Part shown: positions 13,066-25,170 of the stretch, in pieces
Numbering within the stretch: position 1 is the stretch's first letter
How the letters are laid out: each line of letters opens with the position of its first letter
DNA from: Spongospora subterranea f. sp. subterranea
Lineage: Eukaryota
Reading direction: 5' to 3'
DNA length: 64,000 bases
NCBI GenBank assembly: GCA_049724395.1
Contig: JAUGWO010000016.1
Location: 62,001 to 126,000 of the forward strand
Made by a program: the position numbers and the translations under genes
Notes under the pieces: generated by a model
The model's input: the letters and a program-made list of their open reading frames with translations, nothing else
What the model was told of the DNA's origin: nothing
The model's database searches: none

Positions 13066-14012
13066 ATGTTGCTGTTGGTTCCGGGCGATTACCTGAACGA
13101 GGGCGGCGGTGGTGATGAACACGATGATCATTGCCGGGTCTCCATCGCCGGTGGCCAACCCATCCTATACGATCCCGATCGATCGCCGATCGTCTGCCCG
13201 CGATGCTCGTCGGCCACCGACCTTCTCGCCCAGGTCTACGCCCCACTGCCCGACGCCGACCGAACCGTTTACGTCCTCGCCTGCTCGGCGCGCTCCTGTC
13301 GTCAGATCATCGCCAAAGTGTTCTGTTCCAGTACGTCGTCGCCCTGGCCAGAACCGGAACCGGAGCCCGTCCCGGTTATCGCCGCCGATGACGATTGGGG
13401 ACTCGACGACGACGACGACGATCTGGCGGGACTGGACCAGCTCCTGGATCGGGTCAACGTGGCGCCGCCCAAACCGCCCACCAAATCGAGCAATAACGGG
13501 TCGCGGTTCTACCTGATCGAGGTCGACGAACCCGATAAAGGTCGGGTCGACCTATCCCACGAACGCGACCTGCTCTCCCGATACGAATCGGGATCGGCCG
13601 ATCGCCAGACCGACGAGCAACACGAACCCGAGCGATACGAGGTCATGGGCGATAGCCATTTCTTGAAATTCCAGAAACGCCTTTCGCGAAAAATCCAGTA
13701 ATCGTTCGTTTCGTGTTTTTTGTGTTCGCCGACGATTTCGCCCAACGATCGTTTTTCGCCAGGCAATGTGTGAGATACGATTTCGGTGGCGAACCGCTGT
13801 GGGCCAGGGCGTCGGTCCCGCCCTCGATCCCGCCCTGCCCGACGTGTCGCCAGACCAAGGTGTTCGAGCTGCAGCTCATGCCCAACCTGATCAACTGCCT
13901 GCGCCTCGACGACGATCACGACTGGGTCACCGTCGCCGTCTACGTCTGCCCGACCAGCTGCGTTCGCGGCCGCCTCATCGACGAATACACATTCACCCAG
14001 GACGGATTCTAA
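13066..14012 (+). CDS. PDCD2L: PDCD2-like / Tsr4-type uS5 chaperone (PDCD2_C domain), 2 exons (intron about 13698-13762)
   Basis: N-terminal AGGQP..CPRC..LLAQVYAPL..DRTVYVLAC; C-terminal FLKFQKRL..QCVRYDFGGEPLW..PPCPTC..VFELQLMPNLI..DWVTVAVYVCPTSC. Confidence 0.9.
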
Positions 14013-14356
14013 CCCGATCGTGGTTCGTTTTCGACCCTTTCACGACGACGATTCATCGTTGTTCGGGACCGACTTTTTCTGTGTAGTTGTTGTGCAGTGA
14101 TGTTGTGAAATATTGTTTGGAGATCAATGGGGTGTGACAGGTTGATATCGGGTTGGGGTCAGGGTGTGATGGGGTTTTCATCGGTTCCCACAATATCCCT
14201 TCCCCCTTTTCTCGCCTCGTCGCCTCTGTGTCCCAACCTGTCTGTCTGGCGGCTTGGCCCCAAGGAACAACAACCCTCACTCTGACCCAGAGCTGCAACC
14301 TCGGGCGCGCGCCGTCATCCAACAACAGCGAAGGGGCGGCGAGATCCCATCTACCC

Positions 14357-17144
14357 ATGGCCGACACCGAACAGGGCGCCACCGAATGGGTCAAGCGCTC
14401 GATCCAGCGGGTCCTCGACCAGCTCAACTGGAAATACCTGTCGGACGACGACGTCGGGACGCGAGAGGTCGTCTGCATATTCGGTTCGGGCGAACTCGGC
14501 AACTGGGTGCTGATCAACCGCATCCTGGCACCGAAAGGCGTTTTATTGATCATGGCGACGTGCCAGGAGAACGTTCCCGTTGGCGCTCAACGCCAAGCGG
14601 CCGTTGAGTTCATCACGCGCGCCAACTTCGGCATTCTCAACGGGTTCTTCGACATGGACCTGACCGACGGCGACCTGCGCTTCTCGTCGCGCGTCGAATA
14701 CGGCCTGATGGCGAACGCGGCGCAGTTCGAGGCCAACTTCAAACAGACGTTCCAGATCGTGCACGGGACGTTCAGCAAGTACCTGGCCGGCGTGATCGGC
14801 GTGACCAAGAAGGGGATGTCGGGGAAACACGCCGTCGAACTGATCGAGGGCGGAGCGAACACCCTGCCCAACCCGAGCCAGGCGCCGCTGCTGGCGATCG
14901 TCGCCCGGCACCTGTCGGCCAGCAACACGAACTACGTGTCGCACCCCGAGAAGGGCGTCATCCGGATGCCCTGCACGGTCCAGGGCGTGACGTTCCACCT
15001 GCGCATCAAGGCGATGGAGGAGACCGAGCACCTGTACGTGTTCTGCAACTACCCCCGAACGGGCGGCAAGATCCCCATTCACCACATCCCCGTCATCACC
15101 GAGTTCGTATCGCGCGCCAACTGGGCGCTGCCGTTCGGCTATTTCGATATGGATCTGAGCGACGGCGAGCTGCGATTCGTGACCTGGCTGCCGACTAACG
15201 GGATCAAACCCATCGATATTCAAACGCAATTCGCCCGATCGCTGATCGTGTCGGCCATCAGTAGGTTTTTTGTTTTTTTTTGGGGAATAACGCGATTGCC
15301 GGTTCGGGTCTGACACGGGTGTCGTGGCCACAGCGACGTTCGTGAAGTATCTGCCGGGGATCGACGGGCTGATATCGGGCCAGATCGCCAAACCGTCCGC
15401 CGCCATCGACCAGGTCGAGGCCGACCGCCCCGCCGGCCTGGCGGCCAACGAGAACATCAGCCGGATCATGGACGCCGGCACCGCCAGCAGCGACGACGAC
15501 GATCACGATGTCAACGCGAAAACGGCGCACAGCCCCGATCAGGACGCCAGAGACGATCTCGACGATGGAACATCGATCAGCGATGGCGATTCCAAATCCC
15601 CGAAAATACGTCAGCGCCAACACATGTTTCGTTCTTTGGTTTTTCGGTCGCTGTGAGCTCGAACTGAATCGATGTTGTCGCTGATTGTTTCAGGGAGCGT
15701 TGTCAGACTGGAACTGAACGCCGATGGTTCGGGTATGGGGGCGCTGGAGTTCATCGGGTCGAAAGGACGGTCGATCCCTTGGACGAACCCGTTCGAATCG
15801 GGCCAGATATCGATCTCGTCGTCGGGGACGACGAGCGCCGGAGCGCCGGGCGGGAACGGCGGCGATCTGGGCGATATCGTCAGCCGATCGGCGTCGAAGC
15901 TGTTCCTGACGCAGGCCAGTGAACGGCCCTGGGTCTGCCTCGACCTGAAACAGTGCAGTTTGGCCCCGTCCCATTATATGGTGTCGCACACGATCTCGTC
16001 CGACACCGATATCTTGCGATCGTGGGAGTTCCAGGCGTCGAACAATGGCGGCCAGAGCTGGGCGACGTTGTCGCGACACGACGCCGACCTGACGCTCCAC
16101 GGGCGCACGCCCAGGAAGGTTTGGCCCATTGTCATGGGCGACGCGCGCTCGTTCACGATGTTCCGGATCGTGATGACGGGACCGAATTCCTGTCATCGAA
16201 TGCAATTGGGTCTTGGACAGATCGAGCTGTTCGGGAAATTGACGGTGGATTTCCCTGTCGAACCGCATCTGATCGACGTCGCCGAGCACGATCCGGAAGG
16301 GCAATCCGCCCGTGATCCGGCCCTGGTTCGCGCCGATATCGTCTGCGGGTTCGCGTCGGACGACCGGATCGGATCCGGGATCCATGGCGACACGTTCCGC
16401 GGGTTCTACAACGGGTTCATGGTGGCGATCAAGCGGATATCGTATCGGGCGCAGGACGCGGATTGGCGTCGTGGGCGGTACCGGTCGCTGAAGGAGTACG
16501 TGACGGGCGGCGCGGCGCTGCACGAGCCCGGTCTCGTTCGCGTCCTGGGAGTGGCGGACGACGAATCGCAGCAGAGCTGGCTGTTGATCTCGGAGATGAT
16601 CGCCGACCCGACCCCGATCGTGGCGATCTCCGTCCCCGCGACCCGACTTCATCTGTCCATCACGATCGCCCGTTCCCTATCGCATCTGCACAGCCAGAGC
16701 CGATCGCACGGTTCACTGCACCCGGGTAACGTGCTCGTCGCCTACGATGGATCCAGCGTTCGCCTCTCGGACAGCGCCATATTCGATCACCTTCCGCCTT
16801 TGTTGTCGTCCCAGCTCATCCAGGGCCATATCGGGTTCTGTGCTCCCGAGCTTCTGTCGTCGTCGACGACGTCGGCGGCGGCCGATCCGATCGCCGCCGA
16901 TCTCTACAGCCTGGCCATGATCCTGTACGCGATCTGGACCGGCCATTACCCATATCACGATCTGGTCGCCACGTCGTCGTCGGCGCTGCTGTCGCGGATC
17001 CTGCTGGGATGTCGCCCGGCCATCCCCGAACACGTCCCGGACCCGCTATCGGCCACGCTCAAGAGCCTATGGGATTCGGCGCCCGGCAACCGCCCATCGT
17101 CATCGCAAGTTCAACAGACTCTTCAGAAACTCGTTATCAGATAG
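14357..17144 (+). CDS. Multidomain protein: 2x YbjN-like domain + F5/8C (discoidin/galactose-binding-like) domain + TKL-like pseudokinase, 3 exons
   Basis: Frame-compatible GT-AG introns at 15261-15333 and 15610-15693 join three ORFs. The motif EF(I/V)xRAN(F/W)...GxFDMDLxDGxLRF occurs twice, followed by WVCLDL..APSHY..LRSWEFQASNNG..W..L..H and kinase motifs GSGIHG, VAIK, HGSLHPGN and APE. Confidence 0.8.
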
Positions 17145-17356
17145 ATCGTCAAATACACAGAATCAAAAACAATAACCCGATTTCGACGCGCCTTCCACGA
17201 TCTTGTCGAACAATCAACGTCGTTCTCGTTCAGAATCAGATACGATCTCGTGTCCTGTACGATCGGAACTCGATCTGTATTCTGAACCCCCCTCGCCCAT
17301 AGTTGTCCAATCGTCGTCGGAATCGCGCCGCTCCCGGGCGCAACAGGTTCTGCGCC

Positions 17357-18065
17357 ATGAGTTTCCTGTCGCCATCGATCCCGCCCGTATCCCATCTCGC
17401 CATCCCGTCCCCGAACTCGCCCAACTCGTGCCGATACGCCCCGTCGGCCGACAGCCCGTCGACGCCCTTGCAGGGGCGCCGCAAGACGCCCATGCCCGGC
17501 GAGCACGCCAGCAACCGCTCGCGGGCGATGCAGTTCCTGAGCGCGACCTCGCCCATCCCCAACGACGTCGACAGCAATCCCGACACGCGTCCCGTATTTG
17601 GACAATAACGGCCAGGTCCTGTTCGTCGGCTGCTCGACCAAGAACCCCAACAACGTCTCGGTCGTCCGACGTCCCACGATCCGCCTGAGCCGCGACATCC
17701 CGATCCCGGTCGTGGATCACTCGGGGCGGATCCGTCGCAATACGGGAATGCCCCAAGGTCTAGCGCCATCGGAGTCGTCGCCCGTTCGGATGTCGTTCGC
17801 GCGGACGTTCAGGGACGGGGGGGATCCTTCTCCTGCGCCGACGACGCATCTGAGTGCGGATTTCGGAAACTCGGGGAACGATCGACGGCAATCGCATCGG
17901 GGGAGCGCGATCCAGCGGGCGAGTTCGCCACGCGCGATGCAGGCGGCGCCGTGTATGATCTCAGGGTGCTGTAATCCATCGACCAGCCAGGACCTGTGCA
18001 CATTGCACTATCAACGGGCGATCCGGATCCACAATCAGATCAACCACGATCTGCGGTCGAAGTGA
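17357..18065 (+). CDS. Hypothetical Ser/Pro-rich protein with a C-terminal Cys/His cluster; splice junction uncertain
   Basis: Two consecutive plus-strand ORFs; the second ends in CMISGCCNPSTSQDLCTLHYQR. Confidence 0.35.
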
Positions 18066-18777
18066 TCGGGCGCGCCCGACCCAAATCAGGATCTAATAAA
18101 TCACACACAGATCGTGCGGTGATCGTGGCGACACCAGAACGGACGAACGGAATCGGGATCGGACGACGCGTAGCGATGTTTGTTGGTCCGATGACGTTGA
18201 GAACGGGATTGTTGAGACGACGGTGATGTCGTCAGGATCGGGTTGTGGTTTGTTCGGCAATCTCCCGTTGGCCGGTTCGGAATCATCATCAGCCGATAGG
18301 GGAATCGACTTTCATTCGATTGTCGAAAAACTCGTTTGGACAAACTCGTCTCAGCAGAGTATTAGAGGTCGACGATTTGTTATTGGCGTAAACAAAATCG
18401 ATACTGATCAAATCAGGGAGATCGCACTGATGACCTGGGAAATGCCAGGGCGAATAGCAACAGGGTATATTATCCTAAATTTGATGAAGGAATTAGCCGA
18501 TGGATATCGAGCACCAACGATGGGGTTTATTGAATGACGTCAAAAAACGGAAGAAAGCGCTTATCGTCATCGAAGAAAATCGATCGCCTTTCAATGACGC
18601 CTTCCGGAAACACATCTGATACGAGTTGATAGAAGTGCGAACAACAGCACACCAGGGCTGAGAGAAATAACAACTGAAAGGGACGAGCGATGGCGTTTAA
18701 AATGGGAGTCGAAATTCGTCCAACGATTGTTGGATAAGGTACTTATGTCGGATTAATCCCGTTCTCAGCATGTTCTT

Positions 18778-18859
18778 GCCTCTGTGTCCGAGTGGTTAAG
18801 GAGATCGATTCGAAATCGATTGCGCTCTGCGCTCGCGAGTTCGAATCTCGTCGGAGGCT
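18778..18859 (+). tRNA. tRNA-Ser (anticodon CGA)
   Basis: Cloverleaf with acceptor GCCTCTG/CGGAGGC, D-arm TCCGAGTGGTTAAGGA, anticodon arm ATCGA-TTCGAAA-TCGAT, a long variable arm and T-arm GCGAG-TTCGAAT-CTCGT. A T-rich Pol III terminator-like stretch follows. Confidence 0.95.
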
Positions 18860-20243
18860 TTCATTTTGGATTCTGTTTTGTTCGTTGAAAACCTGAACTT
18901 CCTTTTCCTTTTGAACAATTTTTATTTTAAGCTCCTAATATTACGCCCCGCGCCGATATATTTTTTTGTGTTGAGACGAAGTTGTGATTGTTTTGTAATG
19001 TATTTGAACGATGATATCCGTCGTCCTTCAAGTTCCGTTTGTCAATCGAGATTGCAGGTCAGGACCCATGAAGGTGGGGCCTTTCCAGGAAGACCATGAT
19101 ACTACAGAGCACGTTTTGATTGACGATATCGGGATATGAGTTTACACTGAAACCGGTTAACGCCCCCAAAACGAACCCCCAATTCCACCAGTCTGTTCAG
19201 GGCCATATTCCCATTAGCCATCAACCCTCGACCAAACGTCACCGCCCGACGTTGAATTTGTCGGAAGATCCACCCAACCCAGGGCGTGAAAGGGACAGGG
19301 GTTTATGGGGCGATGTTTTCATCGAGAATACACAACCGTCGATCAATATATCCGGAGATGTTCAGGATTGTCAGCGGTCAACAACGATAATCAGAAACAC
19401 GATCTCGACAATCATTTATTGGTTTTCGGGATTATTAACTCCTCCGGTTTTTGTGGTGTCTCCTTTCTTCAGAAATGCTTCATACAATTGTCTATAGATT
19501 CCTTGACAACATCTTGCGCTGTTGAGAATCTCGTGGCAATCAGACTGAGTGACGCGCTCTCGTACAGATCGTGTGGCGATGGCGCTACAAACTCGCCAAA
19601 TATCACTCCCATATTCTAATCGGACAGGCTATCGACTTTCGGCTGGACCGATCGCCAAAATTTCTTTTGCAGTCGAGTTCAGGATGTCAAGGCGAATTAG
19701 TATTGCCATTCATTTGCAGAATTCGTTTGATAAAAATAAAAATAATACCAATGGATTTGAAGAAATCTCATATTTCAAACGTTTTCAACAGCCACTGCCG
19801 ATGGAGTTAGCCACGACGATGGGCATTCCGAGGTTCGTCACGCCTGGCTGTGAAAACGAATCCGCGATGGTCATCTGGATTGCCCGGCAAACATCGGCAC
19901 CGTCTCTGGTCCGATCACAGAGGCGTCGTGGGTCAAGTTTCACACCGATCCAATAAATACAATCTGCCCATCTCGTCATGTCACGCTCAGAAAGGTCTCA
20001 ACCCGTTCCACGGGCGGGTCAGTAGCAAACATGCAATTCCGATCGCCATGCATTGGCAGAATCTTGCCAGCGACTCACGACGATATCAATATATCCAATG
20101 ACCCATGGCGATTGGCGCTTGAGCGGATCTCTCCGCGTTTTGCAATCCGTTATAATGGTAATGATGGGTAAGAGGGCAAGTGACAATGTGGTGGAACCTA
20201 ACGATGCCTCAGGGAATTTGGACTGGGCAGTACTGCCACCGAC

Positions 20244-21051
20244 CCGACGATCGAGCACGTCAGAGGATGGGTCACCGCCTCTGGAAGATCACGCCAGACA
20301 GCAAGTCAGTGGCGCTATACGCTGCGTTCGCGGCCCGTGTCTCAGCGATCGGTATTGTGGTTTCGTCAACCAGCTTGATGGAATTCCTCTCATTATCGCA
20401 GTTATAACGGCATGAAGCGCTTCAAGAAATCTTTGAGGGACACGGACGATGATCAACATCGCCTGGTGATGCTACCAGCCAAACAGAACGGCCGCCCGGG
20501 AAAGACTCAAAGCGGGAGACGGCCCAGCCGCAGCAACTGATAGAAATGTGATCTATGTTGGCGGAAGTTGTCAACCCGTTATTGTTTGAGAGGGTCGATG
20601 AACTGGGCGAAGTCAAGTACAGGCCGACGACGCATTAGCGGGTAAGCTAATCCCATTTCAATATCTGTTCCCTCGAGACGTTTTTCAATTGGTTGTTGCC
20701 CAGCTCATCGACCCTCTCAAACAATAACGGGTTGACAACTTGCGCCGACATAGGTCGCATTTCGATCAGATGCTGCGGCTGGGCCGTCTCCCGCTTTGAG
20801 TCTTCCCGGGCGACCGTGCTGTTTGGCTTGTAGCATCACCAGGCGATGTTGATCATCGTCCGTGTCCCTCAAAGGTTTCTCGACCGCTGTAACTGCGATA
20901 ATGAGAGGAATTCCATCGAGCTGGTTGACGAAACCACAACACCGATCGCTGAAACACGGGGCCGCAAACGCAGCGTATAGCGCCGATGACTTGTTGTCTG
21001 GCGTGATCTTCAGACGCGGTGACCCATCCTCTGACGTGCTCGATCGTCGGT
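20244..21051. repeat. Long imperfect inverted repeat (arms about 20244-20609 and 20697-21051, spacer about 90 bp)
   Basis: For example, gttgtcaacccgttattgtttgagagggtcgatga is mirrored by tcatcgaccctctcaaacaataacgggttgacaac, and cgacgatcgagcacgtcagaggatgggtcaccgc by gcggtgacccatcctctgacgtgctcgatcgtcg. Confidence 0.9.
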
Positions 21052-21445
21052 GGGCCAGGTAAATGTTATGATGTATTTACACTAGCAGAGCACATCGTCA
21101 ACGATTTGGCAGAGGAGGAGCATAAAGAGATAATCAAATGAGTAAAGCTATTGATGAACGATTTGTATAAATCAAACCAAAATTTAGCGTTCATTGAACT
21201 CATACAAAAGTTCGTAAAACGAGGTGGATATCTTCAAAAGACTTGTGATTGTAGTAAGTCATATGAACTCGTAATGGATTTTTCCTAGAAGATGGATGAA
21301 TATTTTTACGTAGTCGTGAACATCTTGATTTCGATGTATTCAAATGACGCCATGTTCCGATTATTCGCTCTTGTACATTCGAAACAATATTTCCATTTCT
21401 TTGATCAAGTGAACGACAGGAAACTCGTTCGATATATTGACGAAT

Positions 21446-22437
21446 CTAAGGATGATATGCGGTGTCAGATCTTGATGAACGATCGTTGATCCAGTCGCAG
21501 ATATGGATGAACATCTCGTGGGTGAATTTGAACCCGATCGCCGGATCGATCACCAGACTCGTGTTCGGCCGCGAGGAATACCATTTCCTGGCAACGTCCT
21601 CTGAGGGGTCGGAAACTCCCGTTCAGGGCCAAGCGCAGGACGAGCAATTGGTGCAGAATAACAACAACCGACCCGTTATGAACGCGTCCAGCCCTCCATG
21701 AAATGCCAGCAGATCGGTATTGGACGACGAACGACTGTCAGGTAATGACGATGTGCATAACGACACGACCCCTTTGATGGCCGGATCCGCCTCCATTCCG
21801 AACCTGTCACCGGAACGTGTCGATATATTGACAAAGATCATCTGATGTCAATAAATTTACCCCATATGGAGCGCCATTCCCGCCCCTTCTCCATATCTGA
21901 GTCCGAATCAGTTTCGCGTAGAAATATAACGAACCGAAGATTGTTGGCGAACTATTACCCAGCTAGGTAGACGCTTGGGCAGAATTGGGATTCGGATCTG
22001 ATCAGGTCGGTGATAATTGAGATTGATTCTGGATCGGGTTGACAGATATTCGCTGTCGGATCGAATTTCGACCACGAACGAGATCCGGAATGGTCATCGA
22101 TCGGAGCTGAATTGTTTCGTATTATCGTCAATATCAATGGTGGCACCGATATGATCCGGGTACCGGTGGGGAGAACGACGCGAATGCGGCGACGAAGGTC
22201 GGCGAGCAATGTGAACAGCGAGCGATAGGTCTCGGGGTCGTCGTGGGCGTCGTGAAGGAATATCAACGAGGAGTGATGCGATGGGGGATCGATCACCAAC
22301 GGCGATGACGATGGCGCCGTCGTCGTCACATGCCGATGGCGATAGGATGGCGATCGACGCCAGACCCGCCCAAATGACGCCATGATCATGGTCGGACGGA
22401 GACCGTGGGACGATGACGAGGGCGATTTTGGCGCCAT
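21446..22437 (-). CDS. Phospholipase/carboxylesterase (Abhydrolase_2, APT1-like) fold protein, probably catalytically dead; multi-exon
   Basis: PLVIDPPSHHSSLIFLHD..IRVVLPT, VYLAG|YGEGAGMALHMG, KGVVSLC..LLAFHGGLDAFI and DPAIGFKFTHEMFIHICDWI occur in the APT1/LYPLA order. Confidence 0.65.
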
Positions 22438-23827
22438 CGCCCTCCGGCATCGCCCATAGATCGTGTTCGACAAACAGTTAAATTGTTTGAGGGTAATGCG
22501 ATAGGATTGGGGTCGTAAACTGGAGGTGGATCCAGGGAATAATCGTCACCGTTGGCGAATGAGATCTGACCAATTAACTCAGTGATCGTGGCCCATCGGG
22601 TCCAGGGACGACGTGTCCCCAATGCCCGTTCCGATCGATAACCCGATATAGAAACGGGATTCAAATCATCCCGATTATTGATGAACAGGGTATTTAAGGG
22701 ATCGCCCACCTTCTGTTCCAACTCCCAGCCCCCTTTGTCAGTTTTATGGCGATGAATTATATGGCGGTGCCAGTTCCTTTCCCACCGCTGACCGTATTAC
22801 AGGTCTTATTACAGTCAATATCGGAAGAAAATTGTGTGAAGTTGTGGGCAGTGTTGCGAGTTTTATGAGCCCAAATAAGCAACGACCGAATATCTCTCGA
22901 CTGCCACGAGATATACTTTCACACGTTCGTAGCGGCCAACACCGGCCAAATAGAGACCATGAAATGAGAGGATAGCTGTAGTGTTAAGGGGTAATGGGGC
23001 GAGTGAACAAGATGGGATGGGATAATGGCGATATCGATATTAGGAGATGCGGGTGATAGGAACAGAAAGAGGGTGATGGACTATCGATCAGGGCAGGAAG
23101 AGTACTCTGGGGCACACACAGCAGTAGCAGATATGGCAGAACACATATCAACTGGCCGTCATCAGCGATTGCCAGATTGCATTGCCGAGCTCGCCCCAAA
23201 AAGTATCGATATTGCGACCACAATCAATGAACAACACCAAAAAACACAATATCCTGCTGATAAAATGATCAGATCATGTCCAAAAAGTCAAAAACAAATT
23301 CACGATGCAGTATATGTGGACTCCCCTAATCTCATCTTGGCGACCGACTACTGTAAGTCACAACCAGAGTTGATCTTTTCTTCCAATTACGGGGTCCGTC
23401 ACGGATTCCGTCACGGACCGACTTGATCACACAACTCGTCGCCCGATTTTCGGTAGGCCGTTTCCCCTCGTTCGCACGAGGGCTCTCGTCCATCGTCGTC
23501 ATCGCTTTAGGTACGTTCAACGCACGCCAACGATGGTTTCTCCACCACAGAAACCCACATCAGCACATCATATGGGCTGCAGTAGCGCCATCTCATCTGA
23601 TCATGATTTGACCCATCAACGCTATTGCATATCCCATTGTTCATGAAGGTTTTCTTCATCTGTGCAAACATCAATGCTGAAAAGCAATGGCATCGAGTCA
23701 GCGATTCTCTTTATGATAACCATAGAGGTCTAATCAGTGTTAAAGAAGCCACACACATCACCACGTTCACCTCGTTGTTGACCGTTTCTGACCGTGATTT
23801 GTTCAGCGATTTCCCTCAGAGTTATCG

Positions 23828-24169
23828 ATGGGAAAACCCCAGAATCGAGGAGCGAATACAACAAAGAATAAAGAGTATAAGAAAGCTCGTAGAACGCGTC
23901 GGAGAGCAAAAGACGTTGATCAGATTCAGGATGAAGTCAAACTACATTCGGTTGGGAAACTGAAATGTGTTATCGACCCCGATCTTCCAGCAATGGGCCA
24001 GATTCAATGCCTTCCCTGCGCCAGATACTTCATCTCCCACGAGGTGCTGTCGAACCACGTCCGAACCAAAGACCACAAGAAGCGGGTGAAGACGGTCGCG
24101 TTGCCACAATACACCCAGGCCGAGGCCGACAGAGCTGCTGGAATGGGATCGATGATCGCCCTCGTCTGA
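23828..24169 (+). CDS. ZNF593: Zinc finger protein 593 / Bud20 (60S maturation factor)
   Basis: TRRRAKDVDQI..DPDLPAMGQIQCLPCARYF..L..HVRTKDHKKRVK..PQYTQAEADRAAG. Confidence 0.92.
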   Translation: MGKPQNRGANTTKNKEYKKARRTRRRAKDVDQIQDEVKLHSVGKLKCVIDPDLPAMGQIQCLPCARYFISHEVLSNHVRTKDHKKRVKTVALPQYTQAEADRAAGMGSMIALV

Positions 24170-24652
24170 CGATCAATTTCAGCAACAAAAAAAATGTCTC
24201 TTGACACAATCGTATCATATATTATCATAACATATTAATATTTAAACACTAATATAAATTCATCAGCTCATCAACACTTAACTTTCCTGTCGCTTCTCCT
24301 TGATCGTTGTCGAAATATGTCGAGCGGATCGGTCGGCCAAACCATGAAATTGGCGACAATCGCAACCCAGATTTGTTCAACTGTTCGCTGTTTTATATTG
24401 TGTGAATGCCGACGAGAAGGAATGATCTCGAGGCAGTTCGAACTGTTCACGATCGTTGAGAGGATATGTTGGTGATGCGATTTTTCCCGACCCGGTCCTG
24501 TCCACCTCCAAAGATCGAAACAAGGGTGACGATTTCTCACACACGTTTGCAGAATACGAGACAGGGTTGTGATCGGAATCGGTTTGGGCAAAAGACAAAG
24601 GTATTTATTCAAAGGGCCTGTTTTATTGACAATCGACATGAGTATCATGGAC

Positions 24653-25080
24653 CTATTTTTGTTTTCGCTTGAATCCAGAAGGCTTGCGATGGCTAGACTT
24701 GGAGGAGGACGATAGGACGTACACCGCTACGACGCCTAGGACAAATCCAAGCAGCAACAAGGGCGTAGACAACGGATTGGTCTTTCTCATAAACGTCCTG
24801 TTTTGCCAGCAACTATGTTAATATATCTGACCGCAAACGGCGACAAATGTTTGAATTGCGAAAACGAACGATAGTCGAAACACGAATGATTTGGATGTAC
24901 CTTGACATTGAGGGCAACAGAATTGACTTTGGCTTGGATTTTGACAACGTATCCTGTAGCACGCTGAACGAGAGATGTGGAAGCCTTGGGTTCAGATTTG
25001 GCCTTGGGCTCGGCTGCAATCAGCACAGCAGAGACGATGAGGAGAGAGGCGATGAGCAGGTAGGCAGCACGCGCGTTCAT
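24653..25080 (-). CDS. Small protein with an N-terminal signal peptide and a possible C-terminal TM with dilysine tail; splicing uncertain
   Basis: MNARAAYLLIASLLIVSAVLIAA-EPK is a signal-like N-terminus. A downstream frame reads PLLLLGFVLGVVAVYVL...GFKRKQK*. Confidence 0.4.
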
Positions 25081-25170
25081 ATTGGAGTAAAGAGCGGCGA
25101 ATGGGTTCGGCGTTGGGCGATGATGATGGATTGGACAATGATATTAAGAGGAACTAGGGCCGTGGGTGGA

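Noticed and set aside
14543..16652. Long minus-strand ORFs (312 aa and 320 aa)
   Set aside because: Antisense shadows of the GC-rich YbjN/pseudokinase gene, with no motifs of their own.
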